A stretch of DNA of 63,908 nucleotides, counting the filler, from Octopus bimaculoides (lineage: Eukaryota), in assembly GCF_001194135.2 (NCBI RefSeq). It is 5 parts of 4 records of this genome, joined end to end, with 100 filler letters (N's around TTAATTAATTAA, not from the genome) between each part and the next. Parts side by side here need not be neighbours in the genome. Positions count along the whole stretch, not along the records: positions 1 to 20,456 come from NC_068990.1; positions 20,557 to 30,345 come from NC_068981.1; 3 more parts are not named here. The stretch is one strand, 5' to 3'. Positions 12,461-24,385 of this stretch are shown here, piece by piece. Both the position numbers and the translations under genes were made by a program. The notes below the pieces were generated by a model that saw only the letters and a program-made list of their open reading frames with translations, was not told where the DNA came from and did not search any database. Numbering within the stretch: position 1 is the first letter of the stretch; each line of letters opens with the position of its first letter.

Positions 12461-13295
12461 GTAATTTAACCGTAATCATCAGAATCGTATACAGAGTTGC
12501 CCACCGCCATGGGTGTGCGTGCATATGGTTCTGCTAATTACAGCTTAATGGTAAAATTCAAAAGTCTTCGTTTTGGCGCGCTAATTCCAGGAATATATCC
12601 GCAGAAAATATTTACTGCATCATATATTCAGTATGAGAACATGGGCAATGGGTAAAATATTATTATAAAATCTGGTAATTAGTCATATATTAATTAATAT
12701 CGATTAATTATCAGGAGGCCAGCACATGTAAAGGTACATTTTTAAAAAATAACGTCGACCACTNNNNNNNNNNNNNNNNNNNNNNNNNNNNNNNNNNNNN
12801 NNNNNNNNNNNNNNNNNNNNNNNNNNNNNNNNNNNNNNNNNNNNNNNNNNNNNNNNNNNNNNNNNNNNNNNNNNNNNNNNNNNNNNNNNNNNNNNNNNNN
12901 NNNNNNNNNNNNNNNNNNNNNNNNNNNNNNNNNNNNNNNNNNNNNNNNNNNNNNNNNNNNNNNNNNNNNNNNNNNNNNNNNNNNNNNNNNNNNNNNNNNN
13001 NNNNNNNNNNNNNNNNNNNNNNNNNNNNNNNNNNNNNNNNNNNNNNNNNNNNNNNNNNNNNNNNNNNNNNNNNNNNNNNNNNNNNNNNNNNNNNNNNNNN
13101 NNNNNNNNNNNNNNNNNNNNNNNNNNNNNNNNNNNNNNNNNNNNNNNNNNNNNNNNNNNNNNNNNNNNNNNNNNNNNNNNNNNNNNNNNNNNNNNNNNNN
13201 NNNNNNNNNNNNNNNNNNNNNNNCCAAGGTGCCACACAGTGGTATTGAATCCAGAAGCATGTGGTTGGTGACCAAGCTACTTACCACACAACCAC

Positions 13296-13326
<31 letters not shown>

Positions 13327-13708
13327 GCAATAAGAAAATGGAGGGGATTAATAGGTGGTATTCATCAACTTGCAGACATTGTATTATGTCAATTTACTTG
13401 TTTATTTGTTTGCTAAAAGGACAATAATAACAATATACAAACACATGTGACATATTATGTCATATCAGTAATTATAAAAATGACATATAGTGACAGAAAT
13501 CCAGCAGTATATTGGAGCGTAGGCTCAAAACGTAAAAGACTTTCTCACTTCCCAACCATTAAACTAACATATCTGTTTGTTTTTTAAACACTCGTCTTCG
13601 TCTTTTGTTTTGTATGTTTTTTTTTTTGTAAATTCCAATTATATCTATACATATAAATTTAACATGGGCGATTCTTTCTTGTATATTTTCTTGAATATAT
13701 ATTTATAC

Positions 13709-13751
13709 TCCAGACTGATGACGAGCAAAGACCCAGAAACATGTCTCTGGA
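13709..13751 (+). ncRNA. Putative minimal type-I hammerhead ribozyme
   Basis: UCCAGA-CUGAUGA-CGAGCAAAGACCCA-GAAA-CAUG-UC-UCUGGA. Perfect 6-bp stem I, palindrome ACAUGU, triplet GUC. Stem II is weakened by mismatches. Confidence 0.65.
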
Positions 13752-13918
13752 TGCAGACTTAGCTAAGTGGAGGTGATTGTCTCCCGCTTGTAAACATAAG
13801 GACACAGGAAATGTGTCAAGGCTGGCAGGAAGCGGTGCTGCTTCCTATAGCTAAATAGCAGTAGTATTATTCCCTTCATGGGACTGTCACATTAAGTTGA
13901 CAGCATACAACTACTATA
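13709..13918 (+). mobile_element. Hammerhead-bearing short repeat, partial copy (same family as 18711-19175)
   Basis: Colinear with 19027-19178 followed by the reverse complement of 18763-18821. Confidence 0.8.
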
Positions 13919-14194
13919 TATATAAAACATATATTCTATCTTTTACTTGTTTCAGTCATTAGACTGCAGCCATGCTTGTGCAACACACACATATATATAT
14001 AGACAGACAGATATATATATGTATGTATGTATGTATGTGAGTATGTATGTATGTATGTATGTATGTATGTATGTATTTATGCATACATTTATGTATGTAA
14101 GTGTGTATATGTACATACAAGCACATAACTGCAAAACAAAGCAGAGAAAATAGCACCTGAATAGCAAAGGTAGAGTTATACAAGGAGTTTTGCT

Positions 14195-14610
14195 GAAAGT
14201 GAAAAACTTTTCAGTTCAAATTCTGACGAGGTCGACTTTGCTTTTCATCCTTTTGGGGTCAATAAATTAAGTACCTGTTGCATACTAGGATCGATTTAAT
14301 CGACTGTCCTTCTCCCCCAAAATTTTGGGCCATGTGCCTAGAGTAGAATATTTATATGCTTATAAATTTTTAATATTTATTAATATTTATTTGCTTATTA
14401 AGTGAGCCAACACAACCATTAGTATGATGGATAAAATGCTTAGTGGCATTTTGTCCATCTTTGTGTTCTGAGTTCAAATTCCACCGAGGTCAACTTTGCC
14501 TTTCATCCTTACAGTGTCCATGAAATAAGCACCAGTTGTGCACTGGTGTCGATGTAATTGACTGCCTCCCCTCCCACCAAAATTCAAGCCTTTGCCTATA
14601 ATAAAAGAGA
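14195..14610 (+). mobile_element. Two tandem SINE family C copies
   Basis: gagttcaaattcc.ccgaggtc.actttgcctttcatcc motif occurs at about 14215 and 14470. Other copies lie at about 17470, 22195(-), 28710(-), 39780 and 61750(-). Confidence 0.75.
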
Positions 14611-15589
14611 ATATCTGCTTGCTTATTTGTCACCTGATTTTCTCTGTAGAATTTAAAACAATTTCTTTGTTCTAAAAGTTCCATTTGTAAACTTTTTTCA
14701 CTTACTATAAAACTACACTCACACACATACACATACAAATATGAGTATATGTGTGTGTGGAGGGGGATACACACATGTACACGCATGTATGCATATATGT
14801 GTGCATGTGTATATGTGGTATGGATGAGAAAAAGAGAAAAAGATAAATGCATTTCTATGCTAAATTGCATCAAACACAAGAACCAATATAAAGACTTGCA
14901 ATGGAAAGTATAAACTATTATAAACTAGAGTCACATCTAACACACTGTATCTCAAGTCACATCTGCAAAACACTCAGTATCTCTAAGCAGTTGTCCTCAT
15001 AGAATAACAAATATTGTTTTTATTTTTTCAAGTAAATTATTACTTGAATACACACAGAATATCAAATTTAGTGTGGCAAGAAATTATGTTCTACCACAAA
15101 ACCAGTGCAAATACAATTTTACAATTTTCTCTTTATAGATCTCATAAACACACTTACGATGTGATTTTTATTATGGTGCATCAATATTTATTGTACTTAT
15201 CTGTCACCAATAACTGCACTAATATGCTGCACTTGTCAACAGTAAATATTATAGCATGTCAAAGAATACTTGCAGCAATATGCAAGAGATTTTTTTTACA
15301 CAAGTATAAACATTTGTAAGGATGTGTCAACAGCAGATTTTACTATTACACATTCAATTGTTAAACTAATATAGAATATAATTAAAACATAATCAACAGA
15401 TATTACAATAATGTGTCAAGATCAGTTACGCCAATACACAACGGTTATTTCAGCAAACTGACATGAATCATGTTAGGATTTCTGACTTTGATGCAATCTT
15501 TCTCTTCTGTCTTTTATCTTTTATTGCTGAAGCAACATGCTGAGGTACTGCCTTTTAGTGTGATTGATTTAGTTTCCTGTATTGTTTCT

Positions 15590-15950
15590 AGTGAAGTAAC
15601 GAGTTGCACAGAGCTGCTCTTCTTTGTGTCTCCTGCTGTGCTGTGGGTTCATCCTACAGATAAAAATATATTCAAATGTTCTATGAAAATCACCACATTT
15701 ACACTTCAGAGATCTCTAAAGCTGTTACAATACTGGGTCCTTATTCTAGATAGAGATGAGATCTTTGGCTCTAAGTACTATTCACTGCCATCCAGTTTGG
15801 TGCTTTCTATAGCTTTCATTTCCAACGTTGGGAGCTAGACCTTCTACGATCTTCCATATATAAATCACTGCATATTTTTTGAGTTTTCTCTCAAGGCAGT
15901 AGAACTTCAGTCCCTTAGCTTCTCCCAGTCACTGATCTGCTGCATCAAAT
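15590..15950 (-). mobile_element. CR1/L2-like LINE, degraded 3' end
   Basis: Minus frame KLKKYAVIYIWKIVEGLAPNVG resembles the ERRRERY.IIY.WKILEGL.PN motif C-terminal to LINE RT domains. Confidence 0.55.
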
Positions 15951-17728
15951 CAATTTTTTTTTGTGTAATGCCATTGGCAAAACTGAAGTGTTTAAGGGGA
16001 CAGAGTGAAGCCAATTAAATATAGCATTTCATATCATTGACCCAAGAAGGATAAAATGTAATGGTGACCTCTTCAGATTTGAACTCAGTCAATAAATAGA
16101 TGTTACTAACTGCTACAGGGTTTTAGATGGTGTAGGTCATCGTTGAGCCTCTCAGAAGGCTGTGATCTCGTTATAGTAAACCTGGATGAAGAACATATAC
16201 AAGCAAGGTTGTAACTTTAAACACGTTTATTGTGGCCACACATATATACACAATGGAATGATAAATAGAATGGTTGGTGTGTAAAGGTTATGGTCTTCTG
16301 TGCTATGCTCCTATCTGCAAGCTGGCCTGTGGCATAAGATAGAGCCAGTCAAGTTGCGTCCTCATAGCTTGCATATCCATACAGAAAATGAGTAAGAGAT
16401 GAGGTCACGTGTATGGACCTTAATGTCAAGCAACGCCCTCTATATCTGTATAGCCAGCTTGTTTACCCACTGTCAAGGGCGAGTAATGTGCCTACAAGGT
16501 ATTTTGTTTAGCATTTTACTAATTCTACCAAATCTTTAAGCTGGTGATAAGTTAGCAGAATTATCAGTGTTAGACAAAATGACTTACAGTGTGTATTCTA
16601 ACTCTTTACATTTTGTGTTCAAAACCCACTAAGATCAAATTTATTTATCATCCTTCCTGGGTCAATAAAATAATGTCCCTGTCCAGGGTAGTGGAACAGC
16701 AGAATTGTTAGCATATTAGCCAAAATGGCATACAGTATTTTTTCCAGCTTTCCACATTCTGGGTTTATTTGTGATGACATTAGTGACAAGCTGTACCAGG
16801 CTTTGATTTCCCTCGGACAACAGCAGTAGCCTGGAACTAGGAGGCTTGCTGCATTGGCAAAGACTAGTCTTCCGTTATCAAAAAATAAAAACAATTCCAT
16901 GTCTGCAACCTGAACAGGAACTTCCTAGGTGCAGATGGTTAACACTGACAATTAGTCAAAGCATGGCACATGCTACCAGGTCATACACACTTGTAAGTAG
17001 TAGCTATGGGTGTTTTTTTTTTTTTTCACTAAGCCAACATTAACTGCAATATTATAGACTAATTTGTTTGACGTGAAAATCAGATGCAGCATGTGTAATA
17101 TATATTTATCATGTCAACATTAACTGATGCAGCACTGTGCACCCTATATGTGATGTATCAGAATTAGCTGCAACATTGCATAATCTATATTTGATGTGTT
17201 ATCATTATCAGCAATATCAGAAAACCTATATTTGATCTGTCAGCATGAATCATTGTTTTTTGCAAAATACATTTTGATGTTTTAACTATATTTTGTAGTA
17301 AATATTCAGTTGCACCTGTATGTCCATGCATCAACTATGGCCGAAACCATTTTATATTCACACATGTACAACATATTTTAGTATTTCAAGAAGGGCTGCA
17401 AAATGTTTCATCACAGATTTTATGCATCAATATCAAGTGCAGTTTTAGGGCAACAATCTGACTGAATCGTTACCATGCAGGGCAAAATGCTTAGTGGCAT
17501 TTCGTCCATTCTTACATTTCAAATTCAAATACTGCCACAGTCGACTTTACCTTTCATCCTTTTGGGGTCGATAAAATAAGTACCAGTTGAGCACCGAGAT
17601 TGAAATAAACAACTTAGCCCCTTCCCTGAAATCTTTGTGCCAAAACTTGAAACCAATATCATGTGCAGTTTAGGTGACATGCTTAATCCTTAGCATGTCA
17701 GATAAAATGCTTAGTCATTATAGTAGGT

Positions 17729-18280
17729 AACACCTACTTCCAATACAGCGGTGCAGTATATAAACAGATTTCAAGTCTACCAATGGAATCCACCCTCTCT
17801 GGCCTGCTTGCCATCTCATACATGGACTAATTTGAATGCATGGCACTAAACACCTGCTACCCAAGCATATTCTTCTCAAAGCATATTAGTAATATCTTGA
17901 TGCTCACCTGCTCCTGGGAAGAGGTGACTGCTATATATCAAAACTTCAACAACCAACCACATCAAATTCCAAATTGAACACCCAGACGAGTTCAGAATTC
18001 TCTTTCTACTAGATTTCCAATTCTATATCACAGAGAAGGGTTTCATTTATATGAAACCTTAATAGAAAAGCAGCCAGTAGAAATCTATTTGTGCACTATG
18101 AATCAGCCTTGTCCCCAGAGCTAAAGCTGAATGAGATCACACATATACGAGACAGAAAAGCAGAAAAGCAATGGACAAAGCTACCAACACCAAGTGGTTC
18201 CACAGGAACTTAGCACACAATGGCTATCTGCAATCTGCATCCATGAAACAGGCATTCAGTACAATAAGGGGACTGAATAG
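17729..18280 (+). mobile_element. Penelope-like element reverse transcriptase remnant
   Basis: NTYFQYSGAVYKQISSLPMESTLSGLLAISYMD, HIKFQIEHPDEFRILFLLDF and RKAASRNLFVHYESALS match PLE RT motifs (YFQF.G..Y.Q..G..MGSPLS, IKFT.E...L.FLD, RK......YLHY.S). Stops and frameshifts present. Confidence 0.8.
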
Positions 18281-18710
18281 AAGTGTGAATGAGTAAATCA
18301 AAGAGTTTCAACAAGCTCAAGAGATGGATCAGGCAAACAAATGAATGACCATTGATGAGATGGCATGTTTTCTTCAAATTAGTCATGGTTCTGCTTATAA
18401 ATCATCCATGATAACGTTTGCTTATGTAAAGTCTGGATGAGATGGGTGCTAAGAGTGCTTACGAAAATGCATAAGCACAACTGAGTGGAGATCTGTCAAT
18501 GATTATTCAACTACTGCAACAATGAAGGTAAAGCTTTACTGAAGAGAATAGTCACAGGAGATGAGACCTGGGTCCATGACTTTGAGCCAAGACTCTAAAG
18601 GCAGAATATAAAGTCAAAACACTTGTAATCACCAGTAGAAAAGAAATTCAAGACTCTACCATCTGCAGAAAAGGTGATACTAACTGTTTTATGGGAGGCA
18701 ATACTTGAAT

Positions 18711-19175
18711 TAGAAATAATACATTTCTAAATCTCTCAGAGAGACTTAAGCAGTAGTGATGCAATAAAGTAGTTGTATACTGCCAACTTAACGTGGCAGT
18801 CCCAATAAGGGAATATATTACTGCTATTTAGCCCTAGGAAGCTGGACCGCTTCCTGTCGACCTTGACACATTTCCTGTGTCCTTATCGCATCACTACTGC
18901 TTAAGTCTCTCTGAGAGATTTAGAAATGTATTATTTCTAATTTTTGTAATCAGTGAATGTGTTTCACTGAAATAATATATGTTTGCGAGAGTTGGACAGA
19001 CTTCTTCAACCAGCTGGTCATGCTACTTCAGGCTGATGACGAGCAAAGACTCAGAAACATGTCCATGAATGCAGGCTAGGCTGGGTGGAGGAGTTTGTTT
19101 CCCCTTCGCAAACATAAGGACACAGGAAATGCATCAAGGCCGACAGGAAGCGGTCCAGCTTCTTAGGGCTAAATA
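18711..19175 (+). mobile_element. Hammerhead-bearing retro-insertion (retrozyme-like or Penelope pLTR-like) with inverted 5' segment
   Basis: 13-bp TSD GCAATACTTGAAT at 18698-18710 and 19176-19188. Perfect 52-bp inverted repeat 18711-18762/18888-18939 and 65-bp inverted repeat 18822-18886/19114-19178 (4 mismatches). Hammerhead at 19027-19069. Confidence 0.85.
19027..19069 (+). ncRNA. Putative minimal type-I hammerhead ribozyme
   Basis: UUCAGG-CUGAUGA-C-GAG(CAAAGA)CUC-A-GAAA-CAUG-UC-CAUGAA. Stem I has 5/6 pairs, stem II 3 bp, palindrome ACAUGU, triplet GUC. Confidence 0.7.
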
Positions 19176-19697
19176 GCAATACTTGAATGTTATCTGGAAA
19201 AGGGATCTACAATCACCAGTGAAGGCTATAGTGAAATGCTAGCCAAGAAACTGAAACCATCAATTCACACCAAACGCTAGGGTCTGTTGTCAAAGCAATA
19301 TTGTTGTATGACAACACACACCCACATACTGCCATGACAACACACACCCATGTTCTGTCACCCACATCATTGAAACTATTGATATACATATATATATCGC
19401 TACATAAGTATGTATATGTATGTAGGATGAGCATGTGTGTGTTTCTTCTTGTCCTGTTGTGAGCACATTAATTGTAAACAAAAGCCACCGTCTTATAAAA
19501 ACAGTGTCACTTATTAGCAATCTTCAGTGAAAACTTGTGTGATAAAGGTGTCATTTATTATTCACACACTAGAAGAAATATTAGCTTACTTGGAACCAGG
19601 TGAAGAGGATTGATAAAAGGAAGAAAATTTGGCCATGGAATAATCTACTTCGACACAGTTTTGTCTGATCAATACAAATGCGAAAAAGTAGACATGA

Positions 19698-19744
19698 TTG
19701 TGATGATGATGATGATGATGATGATGAGGAGGAGGAGGAGGAGG

Positions 19745-19792
<48 letters not shown>

Positions 19793-19925
19793 ATGATGAT
19801 GATGGGGCCGGCGGCGGTGGTGGCGATGATGACAATGACAATGATGATGATGATGACAATGACAACGGTGATGATGATTATGATGACGATGACAAGAATG
19901 ATGATTATGATGATGATAGTGATGA
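19698..19925. repeat. Compound trinucleotide microsatellite (GAT/GAG/GAC/GGC)n
   Basis: Directly visible. It produces the poly-D, poly-H and poly-M pseudo-ORFs in the ORF track. Confidence 0.95.
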
Positions 19926-19964
19926 TATCTATCTACCAATTTATCTGTGTGTGTGTGTGTGTGC

Positions 19965-20004
<40 letters not shown>

Positions 20005-20644
20005 ATATTGATAAATAAATGTTACTTGAAGTCATATGCAACCAATTTTACAATAAAGCACATTATTAAAATTCATTGTTGCATTAGTGAAAAGGCTGAA
20101 CACAGCCAAAACAATGGCTGTTTTACTTTGCTCATTTTTACCCCCCCTTCTATTTTGATATGCCATTTGCATTGAAATATATTTGAATGTTTATTGTGCT
20201 AGGGGCCAGTAATATTTCGAGGTCATTAGGGGCCTGAGCCCTTAAACTCTATTGTAATATCATTAACTAAAATCAATATGTGAGTTTGCAGGAAAACATG
20301 CTGTAAATTCAGTGTACTAGAAGAGGTGAACTCTGATGTGTGCATGTGTGTATGTATGCCTCTGTGAGTGTGTGATGTGTGTGTGTGTGTGTGTGTGTGT
20401 GCATGTGTGTATGTATGCATCTGTGAGTGTGTGATGTGTGTGTGTGTGTGTGTGTGNNNNNNNNNNNNNNNNNNNNNNNNNNNNNNNNNNNNNNNNNNNN
20501 TTAATTAATTAANNNNNNNNNNNNNNNNNNNNNNNNNNNNNNNNNNNNNNNNNNNNAGACAGACAGACAGACAAAGAGAGAAAGTGATGATAGATAATAG
20601 TTAGGTACGGATGTAGGTAGGTGCATAGGTAATACGGACCGACA

Positions 20645-20690
<46 letters not shown>

Positions 20691-21084
20691 TACACAAACT
20701 TATACGCATAGACAAACTAAAACGCGGTCATACAAGGCAGCAGAAGTACACACACAAACACACACACATACACAAGCACACGGACACGCTGGCACGCACA
20801 CACAAACACACACACACATGCAGCAAAATCTCAAACAGACAAACGCGACCTCTATAACGCACCAAGTCATTGAGAAGGTTGCAAGATGCAACGAAAGTGC
20901 TCTGACTAACTAAAACAAAACAATCAAATGTTTGATAAGTGAATGGAATTGAACCAGTGTGTGTGCTAATTATATTGGTATAATGACTCTCCCTAGACTC
21001 AACAAAATTTGCTTCAACACACGAATTCACATAAAATATCTTGCAAACCAGATACAGAAACGAAGTATATATATATATATATAT

Positions 21085-21133
<49 letters not shown>

Positions 21134-21260
21134 GAGAAAGAGAGACGAATGTAGTGACGCAGTTTACAAATATCAACTGAAGTAAAATACTTTTGGGAAG
21201 CGTGCAGCATACAAGATACAAATATGATAGAATGCCGGGTGACAGCGCTGAGCCGGGATT

Positions 21261-21306
<46 letters not shown>

Positions 21307-21308
<2 letters not shown>

Positions 21309-21793
21309 ACCTTGTTACTAGTTCAAATGTGCTTGAAATATATTCGAACCCCATAAAAATTAACTCATTGTATTTTGTCGTGGAGAAAACTTTCTGCTAT
21401 AGACAAATAGGTGTAAAAGCACAGAGTTAGCCCAGGCCTTCCCTAACCAGACTGCGGGATGCATGCATTTCGGAGCGGTTATATCTTCTCCAGCCATAGA
21501 GACCGGAAAGGTAGGCGCTGGCTTCTGACACGAGAGACCAGTGTATCAGAATAAGGACCTGTCTCTTGTTTCATATCGCAGCGTCTGATTTTCCGGTCTT
21601 AGTCACTCAAGAGGAAATAACCACTCCGAAATGAATACATCTCACTGTCAGTTTAGAGAACGCTCTGGGTTGACTCGGTGTATTTACATATATTTGTCTA
21701 CAGCGAGAAGTTTTCTCCATGACAAAATGCAAGCAATGGCTTTCTTATGCGTTCGAATATGCCTGAAGCATATTTGAACTGGAAACAAGTTTG
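21307..21793. mobile_element. Fold-back MITE with ~130-bp imperfect TIRs and TA TSD (Tc1/mariner-type)
   Basis: Left end CAACCTTGTTACTAGTTCAAATGTGCTT... matches the reverse complement of right end ...AAGCATATTTGAACTGGAAACAAGTTTG. Flanked by TA at 21305-06 and 21794-95. Internal inverted pair CATTTCGGAGCGGTTA/TAACCACTCCGAAATG. Confidence 0.8.
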
Positions 21794-22194
21794 TATAAAT
21801 ACGATAGTTTTTCACAAATATAATAATGGTGACATTTCTTTACCTAAACAATATATTTCTAATTTTCGTGATCATTATGGTACAAGAAGTAGAATCTTGT
21901 TTAAATCATGTCACATACATCAATGAAAACAAGAAAAGCACTGTAAAAGTGTCATGCTCTTTTATCACACGCTGTCAGAATCTTCAATGAGTACATTATG
22001 AATAATAGATTCAGACTCTTGCATATCAACATTCTCTCACGAGGATTCTGTCAAAGCTGTCATAAGACAGCGTGTGCCATAAAGTTGAAGAGGGATATTT
22101 TTGGGGAATCGATTTCGCAATGCATTTTCTATGAAGTCTTGAAATCCACTCGTTTCTTGCACACTGCAAATATATATATATATTATATTGCCCG

Positions 22195-22400
22195 CAGGGG
22201 GCCGAAAATAGAGGGGACAAATAAGGAATTAAGTCGATTACATCGACCCTAGTGCGTAACTGGTACTTATTTAATCGACCCCGAAAGGATGAAAGGCGAA
22301 TTTGCCCTCGGCGGAATTTGAACTCAGAACAGAATTTGAATTCAGACAAAATACCGCTAAGCATTTCTCCCGGCGTGCTAACGTTTCTCAACGCAAATAA
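22195..22400 (-). mobile_element. SINE family C copy
   Basis: Reverse complement of the family C motif; homologous to 28710-28940. Confidence 0.75.
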
Positions 22401-24297
22401 GGAAGGCTTGAACGTCATAGAATCTCATTTTCCACTACGAAATTTATAGAACAATAGCATAAAACACCATTGAAATGAAAAACTTTCGTTAACTTAGAAA
22501 ATACGAACAAAAAACCTCATATGTGTGCATATGTATATTCATACAGACACACACATACACGCGCGCGCGCGTACGTGCGTGCACACATTTATAAGTATTA
22601 AATATATAGTAAGCATATTTACTGTAAGGATCATTAAAGAGATTATCTAACAATAATTATGAGATGAGCAAAAAAACAGCGAGTAATATATAAATTCCAA
22701 GCGTGTTTCGGCATTATTATGACCTTATCAGCGAAGAATAGACTTCACCGAAATAATTAAAACAATAGTTGTAAATGAGTTGAGTTATTTTGGAAAAGTT
22801 TGGTTTTCTGTAATCACAATTATTTTCTAGCTACCTTTTGATGTTTACTTTCAATTAAATACGTTAATGTTAACTTAAATATTAATTTATAGCCTTGAGT
22901 CTGAGAAAGGGATTTATATACGGAGAAATTTTTATAGAAGTAAATTTTTCAACATCAACCTGTTTACAGAGAAATAAATGAGAAAAGTATATAATATTCG
23001 TTTCAGTATTATTCACCGAATTTATAAAAAATGTATTTCAAGTGGAAATAAACACGGATTAATATGTTATTTGAGTATATGTTCTTGATTATTGAAGTCA
23101 TAAAAAAATTGTAATATAAAATAAGAATTTTATACACATCTATTCAATTAAACAGAGAACATTTTTTTAATGTAAATAATAGTAAATAAAACAGAAAACT
23201 AACAAAGAATGTTTATTTGTTCATTGTAGTGTATAATGTGATAGGTTCCTTAATGTTCACATTCGTCGTAAAAACCTACATTAATTTCACAGTGCAAATA
23301 TTGAGAAAACGAAATTACGTCGGAGGAACTACAATACATTTTAAATGTAAAATAAAACACAAATATACACAATGGAAATAGCAACAAATAAAACTAATTA
23401 TCTAAGGCAATATTTTGTCCGGTCCTATATTTTGAAATAATTGATTTCTTTCGAAAAGGAAAACAACAACAATGACAACAACCACAACAACAATCTATTG
23501 AATTAATCTTGTATATTGATTGTACTTATTTTATTGATCTCAAGGGAACATAAAGCAAAGTTGATTCCAGTAGGATTCGAACTAGAAGCATAGAAGAGAT
23601 TATCAAATTTTGTTAGATATTAATTCTGGTGTGCAACTGTTTCTGTTATCTACAATATAGAAAGTCACAGAAACAGCAGATAAAAAAACAACACAAAAAA
23701 AACAAAACAAAACAAAAGCAAAACAAAACAAAACAAAACAAAAAAGTTGTGGGTTCGATAGTGATCTGGAAAAGGTAGAAATCAATATATTTCTTTCGTT
23801 TTCAAACAGGATACTTGTCAAGTACAATTTATGGAAAATAAAATTTCAGTCACGTTTATGCATTTCACGAATCTCTCTCTCTCTCCCTCTCTCTCCCCTC
23901 TCCCTCTCTCTCCCCTCTCCTTCTCTCTCCCCTCTCCCTCTCTCTCCCCTCTCCCNNNNNNNNNNNNNNNNNNNNNNNNNNNNNNNNNNNNNNNNNNNNN
24001 NNNNNNNNNNNNNNNNNNNNNNNNNNNNNNNNNNNNNNNNNNNNNNNNNNNNNNNNNNNNNNNNNNNNNNNNNNNNNNNNNNNNNNNNNNNNNNNNNNNN
24101 NNNNNNNNNNNNNNNNNNNNNNNNNNNNNNNNNNNNNNNNNNNNNNNNNNNNNNNNNNNCTCCCTCTATCCCCCCTCCCCCTCTCTCTGTATACATACAT
24201 ACATACATATATATTGTGCGTGTGTGAGTGTGTAGGTATATATTCAGTATTATATATATATATATATCAACATAAGCAACGAGGATATCCAGAGGTA

Positions 24298-24385
24298 ATG
24301 CAGTACGATCGTTTCAAGCAACTCCATTTAATTGAACAATACAATCATTACGTCAATTTGAATGCAGAACAATCCTCAGCTGCAT
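24298..24385 (-). ncRNA. Putative type-I hammerhead ribozyme with long stem II (copy 2, best preserved)
   Basis: Minus strand reads AUGCAG-CUGAGGA-[57 nt]-GAAA-CGAUCG-UA-CUGCAU. Perfect 6-bp stem I, 8-nt palindrome ACGAUCGU, triplet GUA. The insert folds imperfectly (AAUUGA/UCAAUU, CAUU/AAUG). Confidence 0.75.

Larger units (their letters stand above)
18320..19335 (+). pseudogene. mariner transposase pseudogene interrupted by a 465-bp insertion
   Basis: KRIVTGDETWVHDFEP...KFKTLPSAEKVILTVLW lies before 18710, and ILECYLEKGSTITSEGYSEML...YDNTHPHTA resumes after 19176. Confidence 0.85.

Noticed and set aside
19586-20175. Long poly-His, poly-Asp and poly-Met ORFs (also 25535-25926, 62734-63709)
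   Set aside because: Translations of trinucleotide microsatellites, open in several frames on both strands.
20501-20512. TTAATTAATTAA islands inside N-gaps (also 30390-30401, 49119-49130, 61927-61938)
   Set aside because: An identical 12-mer centred in N-runs with stops in all six frames; a scaffolding linker, not biology.
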